Below are positions 38,648 to 51,722 of a stretch of DNA of 64,000 nucleotides, piece by piece. The translations under genes were made by a program, and so were the position numbers. Source of the DNA: Torpedo marmorata (lineage: Eukaryota); NCBI GenBank assembly GCA_977017645.1, contig OZ360235.1, forward strand, positions 66,030,001 through 66,094,000, in the 5' to 3' direction. Positions within the stretch are counted from its first letter, which is position 1. Each line of letters opens with the position of its first letter. The notes beneath the pieces are model-generated. The model searched no databases and was not told the origin of the DNA. It saw only the letters and a program-made list of their open reading frames with translations.

Positions 38648-41600
38648 CTCTGACAATGACGGGAATAATCAAATATTCCCGTTCAGAACTTCAAAAAATC
38701 AAACAAAAAACGAGAAAAATAAAATCAAACTTACCTGACAACATTGATGGACTAAGATCGCTGGCAGACCTTGGAATCGACAGAATCGGCAGTCTCCGTC
38801 GGGCCGTGGGACCTATAAACAGCTCACGCAAGTACAACACCGCGGGAGTTTTAAACAGCCAGAGAACGGGCCGTTTAAACTTCGCGGAGTCGCAGACACC
38901 AGGCACTCAGCACACTTAAACATCGCGGTGGATTTAAAGGGACAGCGCACGGACCATTTAAACACCGCGGGAACTACCAGCAATGGGCCCACGGGCCAGG
39001 TAAAGATGACCCAACCACATGGATGCAATGGGGGGCTACACGTCAAGCTGAGACGCGGGGACCTGAAGCTTCCGCTCCCTACCATCCTCCTGGCCAACGT
39101 ACAATCCTTGGAGAACAAACTTGATGAACTCCAAGCCAGACTTCAACATCAGAGTCATCAGGGAATGCTGTGTGATGTGCTTTACAGAAACATGGCTAAA
39201 CGCAGACATTCCAGACACGGCGCTGCAGCCCAAGGGCTACACCCTCCATCGCGCTGACCGAACACCAGTGTCTGGAAAAACCAGGGGAGGCTGCGTTTGT
39301 GTCATCATCAATTCATCGTGGTGCACAGATGTGACGGTCATGTCCCAGTCCTGCTCCCCCAACCTGGAACATCTGGCAATCAAGTGTCACCCATTCTATC
39401 TGCCGAGGGAGTTCACCGCCATCATCCTGGTCGCAGTGTACATTCCGTCCCAGGCTAACATCAGGCTGGCACTGGAGGGACTGAGCACTGTGAAAAACAG
39501 CCATGATACAGCACATCCTGATGCCTTCCCGATCATTGTGGGAGACTTCAATCAGGCCAACCTGAAGAAGTCACTGACAATCTACCATCAACACGACACA
39601 TGCGAGACCAGGGGAATCAACACACTCGACCACTGCTACGCCACCATGAAGAACGCATACCGAGCCATACCACGACCGCACTTCGGCAAGTCTGATCACC
39701 TGGCTGTACTTCTACTGCCGGTGTACAAGCAGAGACTGAAGACCACAGCACCAGGGGTGAGGACGGCAAAAGTATGGTCGAGGGAGGTGGAGGAGCGTCT
39801 GCAGGACTGCTTTGAATCGGTGGACTGGAACATATTCAAGAACTCATCCATAGACCTGAATGAATATGCAACAGGTGTCACCGACTTCATCAAGACCTGC
39901 GTGGTTGAGTGTGTGCCCACGCGCAAATACCGGGTGTTCCCCAACCAGAATCCCTGGATGAATCAGAGAATTTGCAACTTGCTGAGGGCGAGAACAAGGG
40001 CGTTTAAGGCCGGGGATCGGTATCTTTACAAGAAGTCCAGGCACGACCTGCGGAAGGCCATCTCTGAAGCAAAGTGGCAATTCTGGAGGAAGCTAGAGAC
40101 AGAAACACGCCAGCTATGGCAGGGAGTGCAGGTCATTACAGCCTACAAAGCAAGGGTGAACAATATAGATGACTGTGATGCTTCATTACCCGATGAGCTG
40201 GACACCTTCTATGCCTGCTTTGAGAAGAAGAACCAAACAGTGCCTACTAGAATCCCGGAAAAGGCGACGTCAGAAAATCATTCAAGAGGGTGAACCCTCG
40301 CAAGGCGTCAGGTCCTGACAGCGTACCTGGTAGGGTACTGAAAATCTGCGCCAACCAACTAGCCGGAGTGTTCATGGACATTTTCAACCTCTCATTGCGG
40401 CAGTCAGAGGTTCCCACCGGCTTCAAAAGGGCATCAATCATCCCAGTACCCAAGAAGAGTAGTGTGAGCTGCCTCAACGACTACCGCCCAGTAGCGATAA
40501 CATCTACTGTGATGAAATGCTTTGAGAGGCTGGTCATGGCCAGAATTAACACGTACCTAAGCAAAGATCTGGACCCACTGCAATTCACCTATCGTCACAA
40601 TCGCCCTACAGCAGATGCAATATCGCTGGCTATCCACTCAGCTCTGGATCACCTCGAAAACAGCAATTCATACATACGGCTGCTCTTCATTGACTACAGC
40701 TCGGCCTTCAATACCATTATTCCCTCAGTGCTGGTCAAGAAGCTACAAACTTTAGGCCTCTGTACCCCTCTCTGCAACTGGATCCTTGACTTTCTCATCG
40801 GAAGACCACAGTCAGTACGAATTGGAAACATGTCTCCTCCTCACTCATTGGCAAATTGGGTAAATATGGAGAATATAGTGATTACGAAAGATGTAGTGTT
40901 AGGGCTTTTGAGGCATATAAAGGTGGATAAGTCTCCGGGACCAGACGGGATCTTCCCCAGGACCTTGAGAGAAATAAGGGAGGAAATAACAGAGGCTCTG
41001 ACGGTAATTTTCCAAATGTCATTAGAGATGGGGATAGTGCCGGAGGATTGGCGTATTGCGCATGTGCTTCCGTTATTTAAAAAGGGTTCAAGGAGGAAGC
41101 CTGGCAATTATCAGCCTGTAAGTTTGACGTCTGTGGTAGGTAAATTAATGGAGAAAGTTCTTAGAGATAGTACTTATAAATATCTGGATAGACAGGGTCT
41201 GATCAGGAACACTCAACACGGATTTGTGAGTGGAAGGTCCTGTTTGACCAATCTGATTGAATTTTTTGAAGAGGTGACTAGGAATGTGGATGAGGGTAGC
41301 GCGGTGGATGTTGTCTATATCGACTTCAGTAAGGCCTTCGTTAAGGTACCACATGGAAGGTTAGTTAGGAAGGTGCAGTCTTTAGGTATAAATTTTGAGA
41401 TAGTCAAATGGATTGAACATTGGCTGAAAGGGAGAGGCCAGAGAGTGGTAGTGGATAATTGTCTGTCAGGTTGGAGGCCGGTGACCAGCGGTATGCCTCA
41501 GGGATCTGTATTGGGCCCATTGTTGTTCGTTATATACATTAATGATCTAGATGATGGGGTGGTGAACTGGATTAGTAAATATGCAGACGATACTAAGATA

Positions 41601-43410
41601 GGTGGAATAGTGGATAATGAAGAAGGTTTTCAAGGATTGCAGAGGGATTTGGGCTGCTTAGAAAAGTGGGCTGAAAAATGGCAAATGGAGTTTAATGCTG
41701 ATAAGTGTGAGGTGCTTCATTTTGGTAAGAAGAATCAGAACAGGACATACGTAGTAAATGGGAGAGCATTGATGAATACAGAAGAGCAGAAAGATTTAGG
41801 AGTAACGGTGCATCGTTCCCTGAAGGTAGAAACTCATGTGAATCGGGTGGTGAAGAAGGCTTTTAGTATGCTGGCCTTTATCAATCATTGCATAGAATAT
41901 AGGAGTTGGGAAGTGAGGTTGAGATTATATAAGGCGTTGGTGCGGCCTAATTTAGAGTTCTGTGTGCAGTTCTGGTCGCCAAATTATAGGAAGGATATCA
42001 ACAGAGTGGAGAGAGTGCAGAGAAGATTTACCAGAATGTTACCTGGGTTTAAGCAACTAGAGTACAAGGAGAGATTGAGCAGATTAGGTCTTTATTCTTT
42101 GGAGCGTAGAAGGTTGAGAGGGGATTTGATAGAGGTATTTAAGATTATGAAAGGGATAGACAGAGTGGATGTGGATAGACTATTTCCGTTAAGAGTAGGA
42201 GAGATTGAAACAAGAGGACATGAGTTAAGGGGCAGAGGTTTAGAGGTAACCTGAGGGGGAACTTCTTTACTCAGAGAGTGGTAGCGGTGTGGAATGAGCT
42301 TCCGGGAGAAGTAGTGGCGGCAGTCAATTTTATTATTTAAGAAAAAGTTGGACAGGTATATGGATGAGAAGGAGGTGGAGGGTTATGGGCAGGGTGCAGG
42401 TAGGTGGGACTAGAGAGGAGTGTTTGGTTCGGTGCAGACTAGAAGGGCCTAATGGCCTGTTTCCGTGCTGTAATTGATATATAGTTATTATCAACACACG
42501 CGCACCCCAAGGATGCGTGCTTAGCCCACTGCTCTACTCGTTATACACCCATGACTGTGTGGCCAGGCACAATTCCAATGCCATCTACAAGTTTGCCGAT
42601 GACACCACAGTTGTCGGCAGAATCACAAACAGCAATGAGGAAGCGTACAGGAGGGAGATAGATCAGTTCATTGAATGGTATAACGACAACAACCTTGCGC
42701 TCAAAGTCAGCAAAACCAAGATGATTGTGGACTTCATGAGGAAGTAAGGGGAACACGACCCAGTCCTCATCGAGGGCTCAGTCGTGGAGAGGGTCAAGAA
42801 CTTCAAATTCCTGGGTGTCAACATCTCCGAGGAGCTGTCCTGGAGTCTCCACGTTGATGCAATCACAAAGGAGGCTCGCCAGAGGCTATACTTTGTGAGG
42901 AGTCTGAGGAGATTCAGTATGTCACCGAAGACTCTCGTAAACCTCTACAGGTGTACCGTGGAGAGCATTCTAGCTGGTTGCATCACTGCCTGGTATGGAG
43001 GCGCCAACTCTCAGGAAAAGAATAAACTCCAGATGGTTGTTAACTCAGGCTGTGACATCACAGGCACCAGACTTCACTCCATTGAGGACATCTACACGAG
43101 ACGGTGTCTTAAAAAAGCAGCCTCTGTCAAAGACCCCCACCACCTAGGCCATGCCCTCTTCACTCTGCTACCATCGGGAAAAAAGTACAGGAGCCTAAAG
43201 ACGAGCACTCAATGGCACATGGACAGCTTCTTCCCCGCTGCCATCAGATTCCTTAATAACCAATGAACCAAAGACACTGCCTTACTTTTCGTGCACTATT
43301 TTTTTTATATAGTAATGTCGTAAGATGGTTATAATATGAATGTTTGCACTATGATGCTGCCGCAAAACACCGAATTTCATGACTCGTTCATGACAATAAA
43401 TTCTGATTCT
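38648..43410 (+). mobile_element. Near full-length Rex1/Babar-type LINE (APE endonuclease and RT), split by CR1
   Basis: LANVQSLENK, FTETWL, GDFN, LDH and SDH endonuclease motifs, RT with YKFADD, and a (TTCTGA)n tail. Several frameshifts. Confidence 0.92.
40850..42486 (+). mobile_element. Young CR1 LINE inserted in the Rex1 RT
   Basis: Open RT ([32 protein letters not shown]) and a CR1 tail. Rex1 resumes at ATCAACAC after an ATT duplication. Confidence 0.92.
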
Positions 43411-43683
43411 GAAGGTTGCCACATAAGGTGATAGGATGGTTAAGAAGGTGTATTGGCCTTCGTTAGTTGGGGGATTGAGTTCAAGAGCCATGAGGTAATG
43501 TTGCAGCTCTATAAAACTCTGGTTAGACCACACCTGGAGCATTGCGTTCAGTTCTCATTATAAGGATGTAGGTACTTTGGAGAGGGTGCAGAGATTTACG
43601 AGGATGTTGCCTGGATTGGAGAACATGTCACATGAAGCAAGGTTGACAGAGTTAGGGCTTTTCTCTTTAGAGTGACAAAGAAT

Positions 43684-44118
43684 AAGAACACAAGAAATAG
43701 GAGCAGGAGTAGGCCATCTGGCCCGTCAAGCCTGCTCCGCCATTCAATGAGATCATCGCTGATCTGATGATAGGCTCATCTGCACCTACCTATTCCCCAT
43801 ATCCCTTAATGCCCCTACTGTGTAAAAATCTACCCAACCTTAAATATATTTACCGAGGTAGCCTCCACTACTTCAATGGGTAGCGAATTCCATAGATTCA
43901 CCACCCTCTGGGAAAAGCAGTTCCTCCTCCTCCCTTTCCTAAATCTACTACCCTGAACTTGAGGTAATATCTCCTAGTTCTAGTCTCCCCTTCCAATGGA
44001 AACACCTTACGTAACTCTAGCTTATCCATGCCTTTCATAATTTTATGTTTCTAGAAGATCCCCTCTCATTCTTCTAAATTCCAGCGAGTGCAGTCCCAGA
44101 TGACACAATCTCTCCTGT
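43684..44118 (-). mobile_element. CR1 3' fragment, antisense
   Basis: AAGAAATAGGAGCAGGAGTAGGCCAT is the reverse complement of a CR1 tail, followed by the ORF2 C-terminus. Confidence 0.8.
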
Positions 44119-44683
44119 AATGAGAGACTTATTAGAGTTGTATAAGTTTATGAGGGGCCTAGATAGAGTGGACAGCCAGCACCTTTTTCCCTGGGGCAGC
44201 GGTAGCATATACTAGTGGACATCTGTGTAAGGTGAGTGGATGAAAGTTTAGGGGAGATGTCAGAGGTAAGTTTTTTTTTTACTCAGAGCGATAGGTGCCT
44301 GGAATGCATTGCCGGGGGTGTTGTTGAGGCTAGTACAATAGGGACATCAAAAGAGTCAGATAGGCAGATGGATGTAATAAAAATGGAGGGTTATGGGTGT
44401 ATGGAAGGGAAAAATTAGATTGTTGTGGAGTAGGTTTACATAGGTCGGCACAACATTGTGGGCCAAAGGGCCTGTACTGTGCTGTAATTTTCCATGTTCT
44501 CATTTCTAGGTTCTACCCATATGACCTCATGGACCGATCCCTCCAGGATATTCTCTCTGAGTACTGTAGTAATGCTGTCCCTCATCAGTGCAACACCTCC
44601 CCTTTTGTACCCCCAACCCTTCTGTCACTCATGAACTTTCCAAACCCTTGAACTCTTCAGATCTATTCCAAGGATAGGCCTAT

Positions 44684-46800
44684 ACAGAGGCAATTAGAAG
44701 TGATTTGGCAATTAAGGGATTTACAGTTGGTCAAGAGCAACATAAAATCAGTTTATTTGTGGACAATGTTTTAATATACTTGACAGAGCCTGAGACCTCT
44801 CTGCAAAGATTGCATTTTAAATTGGAAGAATATGGGAAAGTTTCAGGTTATAAGATAAACTGGGATAAAAGTGAAATTATGCCTCTTACAGAGGGAGATT
44901 ATACTTTATGTAAAAGAAGCACTCAGTTTAAATGGCCACATAATGGGATAAAATATCTTGGGATTCGAACAGATAATAATAACTTAAAAAATCAATATAA
45001 ACGGAATTATCTACCACTACTTAAAAAGATTAAAGAAGATTTGGAAAAATGGATTAATTTACCTATTACATTGATAGGAAGAGTTAATTGTATTAAAATG
45101 AATATATTTCCAAGGATACAATATTTGTATCAAACTATACCTATTTTATTACCACAGGGTTTTTTCCAGGATTTAAATAAACAAGTGCAAAAATTTATTT
45201 GGAAAGGTAAAATGTCAAGAGTTTCTATGGAACGTTTAACATGGAAATATGAATTGGGAGGTTTACAACTCCCTAATTTTAAAAATTATTATCGAGCGGC
45301 ACAAATGAGATTTGTTACTTCCTTTTTTGAAAATGAAGGAAGACCTGCATGGGTGGGAATAGAGTTAGGAGAAATAGGAGAGAAAGTATCAGAAGAATTT
45401 ATATATAAATGGAACTCAAAATTAGTGATAGGAGTTAAAGAAACACCGTTACTAAAACATTTGATTAATGTTTGGAACAAGATTAATGATGAGATAGGGA
45501 TGAAAGGAACTATATCACCTAAAACGTCATTGATACAGAATAATCTGAAACCTTTTACAAAAGATAATCAATTTTTAAATATATGGTCACAGAAAGGAAT
45601 AAAGAAGATAGAAGATTGTTATGAAGGGAAGCAATTGATGTCGTTTATACAGCTAAGAAACAAATATGGAATACCCAATAACACTCTTTTTTGTTATTTT
45701 CAATTAAGAGGTTATTTAAGGGAAATATTAGGTCCGGATATGTTGTTACAAGATTGTAGTGAGGTAGAAACCCTTATTAGGAAAGGAAATATAAAAAAAT
45801 TTACTTCAATATATTCTTTTTTACAAAGGGGAGCTTTAAAACAAGGACTTCATAAATCTAGACAAAGATGGGAACAAGATCTTAATGTTATAATTGATGA
45901 AAAAAGATGGTCGGATTTATGTCAAGATAGTATGACCAATACTATTAATGTAAGATATAGATTAGTACAGTATAAATTTTTACATCAATTATATCTTACA
46001 GCACAAAAATTGAATAAGATAAAATCTACATTATCAAATAAGTGTTTTAGATGTGGTGAAGAGGTGGGAACTTTTTTACATTCAACATGGTTAATGCTCT
46101 AAGGTAAAACATTTTTGGATGGAGTTAGGGAATCTGTTAAAACAAATTACAGGTGTTACATTTCCACAGAACCCTGATTTATTTTTATTAGGGAATGTGG
46201 AAGGAAGTAGACCAAAGTTGAAGTTAACATATCAACTGAAATTTGTTAAAATTGCTTTAGCAGTAGCCAGGAAGTGTATAGCAGTAACTTGGAAATCAGA
46301 TACAAATTTAGGCATGGATAGATGGAATATAGAGATGCGGAGTTGTATTCCATTGGAAAAAATAACATATAATATGAGAAATAAATATGGGGTCTTTTTG
46401 CAAATTTGGCATCCATATATCCAATCATTAGGTATGAATATTTAAATGTGTTGCTCTACATCCTAGACCCTGTTGACCCTCTCAAATTTAAAGAACAAAA
46501 ATACTGTTGAATACCATGCGTCGAGCTGTGGACCCAGCAGCGATCCGTACAGATGTTTTTAATAAGTAATACTAATGCCTTCTTTTCTGTTTTCTTTTTT
46601 AGTTTTTAGTAAGGGGCGGGAATTAAAGGGAGGGGAAGGGTGGAAGGTGGGGTAGAAACATTATAGGGGATGGGTTAAGGGAAGGGTTAGATACATTGTA
46701 ATACAAATTATGTTTTTTATCTACTGGAGTTAATGATGTATACTACATATGTTGTACTACTGTGTGAAAATTCAAAATTTAAAATAAAATATATTAAAAA
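44684..46800 (+). mobile_element. L1-clade LINE, 5'-truncated, distinct subfamily
   Basis: ORFs 44705-46102 and 46119-46445. Perfect 14-bp TSD AAGGATAGGCCTAT (44670-44683, 46801-46814). Confidence 0.93.
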
Positions 46801-48284
46801 AAGGATAGGCCTATCTGCCAATAATGTCGATTCTAGGAACAGTCATTAAGCTCTCTGGGAACAAACCTGACCCAGGAGGCTTTCAACCTGTCAAGTTTTT
46901 GCCAGCTCCCAGTGGAGTAATTCACTCAAATCTCAGCCCCATTCTCTCCTCCTCTTTTCTATGGAACTTATTTTTTCACAAATACCCAACAATTTGACAC
47001 CTAGGTTAATTGACTCCTACAAATTCCTATCAGATCATCTTTGGGACATGGGAGAAAACCAGGGCACACAGCAGAAATCCAGATCCCTACGGCAGTGAAG
47101 CAGCATCACCTAAAGCTTGTGTCACTATGCTGCTGATGCAAGAGTCACTCTAAGGAAGTTAACATGATGAACTACCTAAAGTAGTAAAACTACCTAAAGT
47201 AGTAGAAAGTAAAATTCCTTTCTATGCACTTGGAAGTCAAGGTTATCTGAGATTATGGGCAATGGCATCTTGGAATTAGAAGCTGCAATTGCTGGCAAAT
47301 CTCAGTGCATTCCAATACCACTGCACACTTAAATTCTGACAAGGGGAAAATGTTATTCCTCCAAGCCTCACCAATGCTGTCATCAGTAGTTTGCTGTGAT
47401 ATATGGCCAAGATCAGTAGTGGCTGCCTGGCATGATCAAAGGGCCAGGATGCTGAGTTCCCGTGATCACAGTATCAATATGCACGAAGGTAAAGCTGAAT
47501 GCCACCCGTCAGTAGTGAGACACAATGATTGTGTTTCGGAAAATTCTGAATAGAGAGTCTTCGCGCATACATTTGAGCTAGGTTCCTTTGAATAGAGACT
47601 GAAGCTTCCATTCATAATGATTTGTAGTTTTTCTTGAAACAAGCACGTGTTAATAGTTTGATCACACTGAGGATTTAGAAAGAATTTTCACAAGGCAGTC
47701 AAGTCTGTTGCAAAGCTCCTTTTTGCAAAAGCTGTAGGTGTCGTTGATGTACAAAATATCCTCTATATTCTACTAATTTAACTTTAGTTCACGTTTCTGA
47801 ACGAAAAACCAGTTACTGTTTGAACATGTCTATGGAGGGTGTGTGGTACATGGAACAAACAAATCTCAAACAACATTGATGCTCTACACATTTAAAAGAT
47901 CCAACATCTGAATTGGAAATTTGTTAATTATGAGATTCTTCATGGTCACTCTTCTTCAATGATTTATAGTACAGGTACTACATGCAAGTTAATGAAATGA
48001 GACACATTTAAGCTATGTAGGTCTTTATGCAAATGATTAGGAAACGCTCTCCTCTTGTAGCTCATTAAAACCTCCAAGCAGATCGGCTTCAAGGCAGACA
48101 TTAGTCACAAATGTGAGGAAGAAAATTTTACTGTCATCCATTAACAGCCCACATGATCAAACTGAATATCTAGTTCACAAAAATTAGTTAAACTAAATTT
48201 ATACAAATACTGTCACTTTATTTGGTCAGGTGTTACTTTCAATGGACATCAACCCAATTGTCTCCAACTTCATTTCCTTGTTTG

Positions 48285-48504
48285 ACGACTGGGATTGTCT
48301 GATCTCGGAAGCTAAGCAGGCACAGGACTGGTCAGTACTTGGAGGGGAGACTGCCAAGGAACACCAGGTGCTGTAGGTTTCTGTGAGGGGCGCTGGACAA
48401 AATAGTGACCCTCTGTCTGCCTTACGGTAGACAAAAATTAAAGAATTTCATGTATGTTACATTCTAAATGTAGTATTACGTGACAATAATGGAACCTTTA
48501 CCTT
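48285..48504 (+). mobile_element. 5S rRNA-derived SINE, copy 2 (5'-truncated)
   Basis: Highly similar to 2243-2463 over head, body and tail. Candidate TSD TTGTTTG (48278-48284, 48505-48511). Confidence 0.88.
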
Positions 48505-48910
48505 TTGTTTGTATGTGCTAATTCAAATTGTCCAGCTAACTATGCTTAAAGTACTTAGTGTAGACATCAGGTCAAAAATAAATTGCAATGATTTTTTTGT
48601 CCTATAATTATTCATTTCTTGTATCAACTGCAAAAGAAAAATGAAAAAATATGCTGTACTCTCAATTTTTTTTAATTTGCATTTAATAAATTTCCCTTCC
48701 AGAGAAAGTTTAAAAAAAACGCAGAATGCTGATACAATAATCTGAATTTGTCTTCAGTTATTGAAGTGGGAACTTTCTCTTCATTGTCTTGTGTGAAGTG
48801 CACATACAAAGAGCAATCACTAGCTAATGTGACTCATTTCAACATGTGCTCCATATAAACATTCATTCCCAGACTTCCAAATCCAAACATACACACCCAT
48901 ACACAGACAT

Positions 48911-49169
48911 AAATTTTAAATTTAGATACACAGCACGGTAACAGGCCATTTCGGCCCACGAGTTTGTGCCGCCCAATTTATACCCAATTAACCTACACCC
49001 CCGGGTACGTTTCGAACGGTGGGAGGAAACTGGAACCCCCGGGGAAAACCCACGCAGACAAGGGGAGAATGTACAAACTCCTTACAGACAGCGCGGGATT
49101 CGAACCCTGGTCCCGATCGCTGGCGCTGTAAAGGCGTTGCGCTAACCGCTACGCCAATCGTGCCGCTCC
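48911..49169 (-). mobile_element. tRNA-derived V-SINE (HE1-like) with CR1 tail
   Basis: Minus strand has A box TGGCGTAGCGG, B box GGTTCGAATCC, V-domain GGAGTTTGTACATTCTCCCCTTGTCTGCGTGGGTTT and tail GGGCCGAAATGGCCTG. Confidence 0.9.
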
Positions 49170-49184
49170 ATAACGAAACATATC

Positions 49185-50012
49185 CTTGCATGCACACACA
49201 AACACACCCAATCCCATAAACATGCGCTCCCATGCACAGCCATTTATTGCCAAACAGAATTCCACACCCAAACATACCGACACTCCCATGCACAGCCATT
49301 TATTGCCAGACTTCCTCACCCAGACACACCTGTACACACACATCCATACCCATACACTCCCACATGCACCTATACTCAGGCACACTCCCACCTACAAACC
49401 CATACAAATGCACCCATACAGACTTGCACATTCATTAACCTACAGAGACATGCACACTCATACCCTTCCACACTTTCACACCAATACACATACACCAATA
49501 TGCCCATACAGAGACATACATGTTTGTACACACATCCATAAACATACACACAAGTACACATACACGCCCTGACACAGATATAGACATGCACTCTCATACA
49601 CACACCCACGGAGTCGTACACAACCATACAGACATACAAACCCATGCACACGCTTACACAGACACACCCAGATAGATACATCAATTACTCATAAACCTAG
49701 ACACACCCATACAGAGATATACATGCTTGTACCCACATATACCCATATACATGCCCATATATTGACATATAAAGACACACACCCACAGAGACACACCCTC
49801 ATAAACATACACGCCTCAACACAGACATACGCACACCCATACACACCTAACCATTGTCATACACGCCCGTACCCATACACACCAATACAGAGACATACGC
49901 TTGTACCCATGTACACCTATACACAAATATACACTCACACCCATACAGACATATAAAGACACAGCCATACATATATTCATACACACAGACACATACCCAC
50001 ACACACGCACAG
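49185..50012. repeat. Degenerate CA-rich low-complexity tract
   Basis: ACAC/CATA-rich. Includes the direct repeat CTCCCATGCACAGCCATTTATTGCCA. Confidence 0.9.
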
Positions 50013-51283
50013 AAATATATTGATAATTTTTCTATTGGACATCTGACATTGTAATAATTAGATTAATTCCATGTAAAGTTCACTTATTCAAGTATCATTA
50101 AATTAATTCACCTTATTATGTATAAATCACAACATGAGACAATGGTATCAGAACATGAGTCAATGGCACTAATCTTTAAACCCACAACCAAGAGACAATG
50201 TTTCCAGACAACTTGAACTTTGTTATTTTCCATGTTTGAATCTTTAAGAGATCTGAGATTTATTTGCAGGTTTCTTCACAGAATGCATACTGTGTTTGAT
50301 GTTTACAAATTTTCAATCCCTTGGACCAGGATTAGCTGGTAAATGGGGCAGAATTTGTCAGGTGTGTCCAAGAAGGATTCCTGACACAGTATATGGACCA
50401 GCCGACTAGGAGAGCCATACTGGATCTAGTACTGGGTAAAGAACCTGGTCAGGTGACAGACATCTCGGTGGGGGAGCATTTCTGTGATAGTGACCACAAC
50501 TCCCTGAGCTTTAGCATAGCTACGGACAGGGATAAAAGCAGAAAAAATGGGGAAGGGCTAATTACAATGGGATGAGGCAGGAACTAGGGAGAGTAAATTG
50601 GGAACAGATGTTCACGGGAGAAAGCACAGAAGTAATGTGGAGGATGTTTAGGGGCCACTTGCACAGGGTTCTGGATGAGTTTGTCCGACTGAGATAGAGA
50701 AAGGATGGTAGCAAAAAGGAACCGTGGTTGACAAAACAGGTGAGGCAGCTAGTTAAGAGGAAGAAGGAATCTCACATTAGATTTAGGAAGCAAAAAAACA
50801 GGAAGGGCTCATGAGAATTATATGGTAGCCAGGAAGGAACTTAAGAAAGGACTTAGGAGAGCTCGAAGGGGGCACGAGAAGGTTTTGGCAAATAGGATTA
50901 AGGAGAACCCCAAGGAGTTCTATGCGTATGTGAAGAACAGAAGGACTACAAGAGTGAAGGTGGGGCCGCTTCAGGATAAAGGAGGCAACATGTCTGGAGG
51001 TGGAGAAGGTTGGGGAGGTCCTAAATGAATACATTGCTTCAGTATTCACCTGAGAAAAGGACCTTGGTAACCCATTCATTACCGGACACATTTTTAAATG
51101 CAATAATTACAGTTATACCTAAAAAAGATAGAGATGTATTAAAAACTGAATCATATAGACCTATTTCATTGTTAAATGTAGATTATAAGATAATGGCAAA
51201 AATTTTAGCAAATAGAATGGCTAATTATTTACCAGATTTAATTCATGTAGATCAAGCTGGTTTTATTAAGAATAGATATTCAA

Positions 51284-51722
51284 TATTACTTGAAAATCAG
51301 ATTTAGATTTGAATTTAGATAGATGGCATGCAGAACTTCGTTCATGTATTCCTTTGGAAAAAATTACCTATAATTTACGGAATAAATATCATTTATTTTT
51401 AAAAATTTGGAGCCCATACATGAGGGTTATGGGTTTGAGGATTTGAAATTTTTGGGAACTAGGTCTATTGGCGAGTTTAACCTCCGGATTAGAATTAGTT
51501 TTTAGATGGCTCTCTCCTCATTATTAATCTCTTTCTCTTTTTCTCTTTTTTTTCTTTATCTATTTTATTTTTAGCATAGTGGGATTGGGGGGTTGGGGAG
51601 GGGTGGGAGGGAGTGGGGGGAGGAAATTTATATCACTGTATTTTGGAATTATATATTTTGGATTTTGAATTATGTATTATGTGATTTAAAAAATTTAAAT
51701 AAAATAATAAAAATAAAAAAAA
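51284..51722 (+). mobile_element. Short L1 3' fragment nested in L1
   Basis: Perfect 16-bp TSD AAGAATAGATATTCAA. Contains the ORF2 end, G-rich 3'UTR and A-tail. Confidence 0.9.

Larger units (their letters stand above)
38430..44500 (+). mobile_element. Host CR1 fragments (38430-38647, 43410-43683, 44119-44500) broken by later insertions
   Basis: FINDLD..FADDTKVGG before the Rex1, RPHLE and ERVQR after it, and the CR1 tail GTGGGCCAAAGGGCCTGTACTGTGCTG at ~44460. Confidence 0.75.

Noticed and set aside
47194-47910. Possible upstream pseudo-exon (minus strand) pairing with 31921-32282
   Set aside because: The donor phase is compatible and part reads protein-like (MEASVSIQRNLAQMYARRL), but the frame has roughly ten stops. 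It cannot be told from background without a homology search.
49090-49169. tRNA gene
   Set aside because: The A and B boxes belong to a V-SINE head. There is no acceptor stem and it continues into the V-domain and CR1 tail.
49149-50054. His/Thr- and Cys/Val-rich ORFs
   Set aside because: Translations of the CA-rich low-complexity tract.
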